Part shown: positions 61,501-64,000 of the stretch, piece after piece
Position numbering within the stretch: the stretch's first letter is position 1
Layout: each line of letters begins with the position of its first letter
Assembly (NCBI GenBank): GCA_964035545.1
Contig: OZ037772.1
Span: 4,183,538 to 4,247,537 of the forward strand
Direction: 5' to 3'
Origin: Bugula neritina
Lineage: Eukaryota; Animalia; Bryozoa
DNA: 64,000 nt
Notes under the pieces: model-generated
Seen by the model: the letters and a program-made list of their open reading frames with translations, nothing else
What the model was told of the DNA's origin: nothing
Databases searched by the model: none
Position numbers and translations under genes: made by a program

Positions 61501-63713
61501 CCTTAGAATACAAGTCTCCACCCAAACCTGCACCCATTCCCTGCGATGTGTGTAAAGGTGGAACACAAGCTGCTGTGTTTTGTCTTGAGAGTCAAAAGAA
61601 ATTATGTCAGCAGCATCAAGAAGTGAGTCTTTCTTATGTCATTTCTCAAGATTAGTTACGAAACCAGTTCTGGTTTGTGTGTAGAATATTATTGAAAAGA
61701 AATGTTGAGTCTGTGTGACTTTTTATACTAAACACACAGTTTCACAGTGCAGTGAGTCAACTATGACAGACTTGTTGGTGAAAATACAACCAACTAAACT
61801 GTTGACCTTTATTATACAGAATCACAGAGAGCTGATGGGAGATAGACATCAGTTTATTGACATTGAGGTCTACAGAGCTTCTCCTCAAAGATATACTATA
61901 GCTGAATGTGAACATCATAAACAGGAACAGCTGACAGAAGTGTGTTCCAAGTGTCACCAGATATTCTGTATGAGATGTGATATGAGGACTGGCTGTAAGG
62001 ATAAGACAGGTATTTACTTGCTGTTTCTATTTCTGTAGAAAGAAGCTGAGAATTATTACAAGAACCTGTTATTTATTATTTTATTATTAAAGTGAGTTAT
62101 GTAACAGTAAAAGAGGAAGTCAGTTTGTCAGCATTAAGGTTTGTGTGAGACAGAAGTGGATAGTGCAGGAGTTTATATTCTCACTGTTATGTGGAAAATT
62201 TAGTATGTTTCATTCTTCAAGTGTCTGTTTCCTTGATAAGATGGTATAGGCATAGCTTTTAACTCAGTGGTGTCCCACCTTTTTCATACCCTCCCTCTTT
62301 TTATAAATGTTTTCTATTAAGTTTCCCCCCTTTTGAGAAACACTGTAACTTATATTCATAAAGAAAATCAGGGTACAGATTTTTTCCAGAAAAGGCCAGT
62401 GTGTTTGACATGGACCAGTGTCTGCCACAACTTCAGTTTAGTTATAGTTATACATATACATGTAATCTGGAAAACAAGGCAAGAGCTCAAAGAGCTGGTA
62501 AACTGTGTGAATTTTTTAGAAATGAAACCCCTGAAAAGCCCAAATTCCCTGCAAAGGGAATTCCCCCAAGGTTGGGAGCCACTGCTCTAACTTTTTCAAT
62601 TATATTATTCCAAGTGCAGTGATTAATGAGCTAACCTGTGAAATATTTCTAGTCCAACCAACTGTCTAGTAATTACATAGTATGTATATAGTGATACATC
62701 ATCAACCTGTAGTTAGAAGTATAGTAGGTGTAGAATAATTACAATATCATATCTAAAAATACTTTTATGAATCGTGTGGTGTTATGTATACAGAGGAAAC
62801 AGTAGCATCACATGACTTGGCATCTTTGAGTGATTTGTCTTGTGAGTTACGAGAAAGTCTGACTGGTGGAATAGAGACTCTGTCTGAGAAAGTTGCAGAG
62901 TTGAATGACATCTCAAAGGATGCCTGGAAAGAACTGAGTAAAATAGAAGATGAAGTAAAGAAGATGGTTGCCAGAGTAAACTCTGTAGCTGACGCTCAGG
63001 TATGCTGACATGGTGATATCATCTAATGTATTTCTGTTTGTCTGAAATTGGAATTTGCATTTGGTTTTTGAGTTGTAAATAGAAATGAATTTCATTTACC
63101 ACTAGAATTAACTGACCATTGAAGTATTATCATTCTGTGTACAAGTAGCAGTAGTCATACATCACATGTTACTCAGTGCAGAGGAACCTGTCAATACAGA
63201 TGACTCACTCATCCTTCTGCAACTGTCAATCACTCACACAGGGAGGTTGGCTGGGTGAGTGATTGACAGGTGTCAGGAGGAGGAGACTAGTCACGTGATG
63301 TACTAGCTCTCTGCTGTGTATGGAGTGTCACGTGACTGAGTCATTGTCCACTCAGTGGGTGATCTGTCACTTTCATTTCAAGTGTAGAGGTTGTGAGGTG
63401 CAGATGTGGTTACACTGTGTTACTATTTATTAGATAGCAGAGATTAGAAAGAGAGCTACAAACCTGAGGCTAGAAATATATGGATATTTGAAGAGCTGCA
63501 CACAGATAGTGGATAATTATAGAATAGAGCTGGCCTTGAGTAAGACAATGGGCAGACAGTCTCTGCTGGACACAGTACAACATGCAGTTGATAAGTTCAA
63601 TGATGCAGGGATTGTGAGAGACTACAAAGAGATGAGTGAGAAGATGGAAAAGGCTACAGATATTGGTGTAATAGAGAAGTGTGTACTTCCAGACAGCATC
63701 TTGGTACCAACAT
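58513..63713 (+). CDS. TRIM-like E3 ligase gene copy 2 (RING, two B-boxes, coiled coil; 3' exons beyond the window), frame intact
   Basis: Exons 58513-58694, 61442-61622, 61820-62009, 62794-62999 and 63434-~63713 splice in frame and retain the 32 nt (63467-63498) missing from copy 1. Confidence 0.9.
59002..59513. mobile_element. hAT-type non-autonomous DNA transposon
   Basis: TIRs CAGTGGTTCCAAACCT / AGGTTGGAAACCACTG; flanks TGTTAGAG / TGTTGAAT (degenerate 8-bp TSD). Confidence 0.7.
60202..60655. mobile_element. MITE with a 20-bp perfect terminal inverted repeat, specific to TRIM copy 2
   Basis: GTAAAGTTGCGTTTATACCT ... AGGTATAAACGCAACTTTAC; absent at the homologous site (about 9525) in copy 1. 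Confidence 0.8.
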
Positions 63714-64000
63714 GTAGGTGGAGTCTATAAATAGTAACACTAACTATAAATAACTTTCTGCTTGTAATCAGTTGAATTGCTTTCACTGAATATTTTAATA
63801 GTAGAATAAGTAGATAGAGTTTATTTATTAGAGATTGAGTTTTGTTCTACTCTCACATTATGAGACATTTCTGCAGTGTTTCAGAGTTTATGAGGTATAA
63901 GTGAGCTGCTAAACTGTGTTATGCTGACTACCTGCTGTCAGTATTAACAAGATATTCTCACTTAGACCTGTGCATCACGTAGCAACTTGTAGTAACTACA

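Overview
AT-rich, intron-containing animal (invertebrate-like) genomic DNA; not prokaryotic. The window holds two paralogous RING/B-box/coiled-coil/beta-propeller (TRIM-like) genes about 50.6 kb apart on the + strand. Copy 1 (7908-14654) is frameshifted by a 32-bp deletion; copy 2 (from 58513) is open as far as the window goes. Each copy has its own insertion of the same Ty3/Gypsy LTR retrotransposon family just upstream. The two insertions sit 51 bp apart in the homologous sequence, in opposite orientations, both at ATAT. This family has 273-bp LTRs, a tRNA-Leu PBS, a Gag whose zinc knuckle has lost all three cysteines, and an extra non-Env ORF3 (C2H2 zinc fingers, basic motif, coiled coil) after pol. 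Between the TRIM copies lie an inverted orphan TRIM terminal exon, a truncated unprocessed valyl-tRNA synthetase pseudogene, a very young pol-less LTR element encoding a Gag-like protein with a hydrophobic (possibly transmembrane) tail, a decayed short fibrillar-collagen gene (Cys-rich repeats, short Gly-X-Y, COLFI), CR1-like LINE ends, MITEs and several minisatellite arrays. The best candidate new system is the ORF3-bearing Gypsy that apparently targets the TRIM upstream/satellite-edge site. All annotation was by eye; exon boundaries and divergence counts are approximate.
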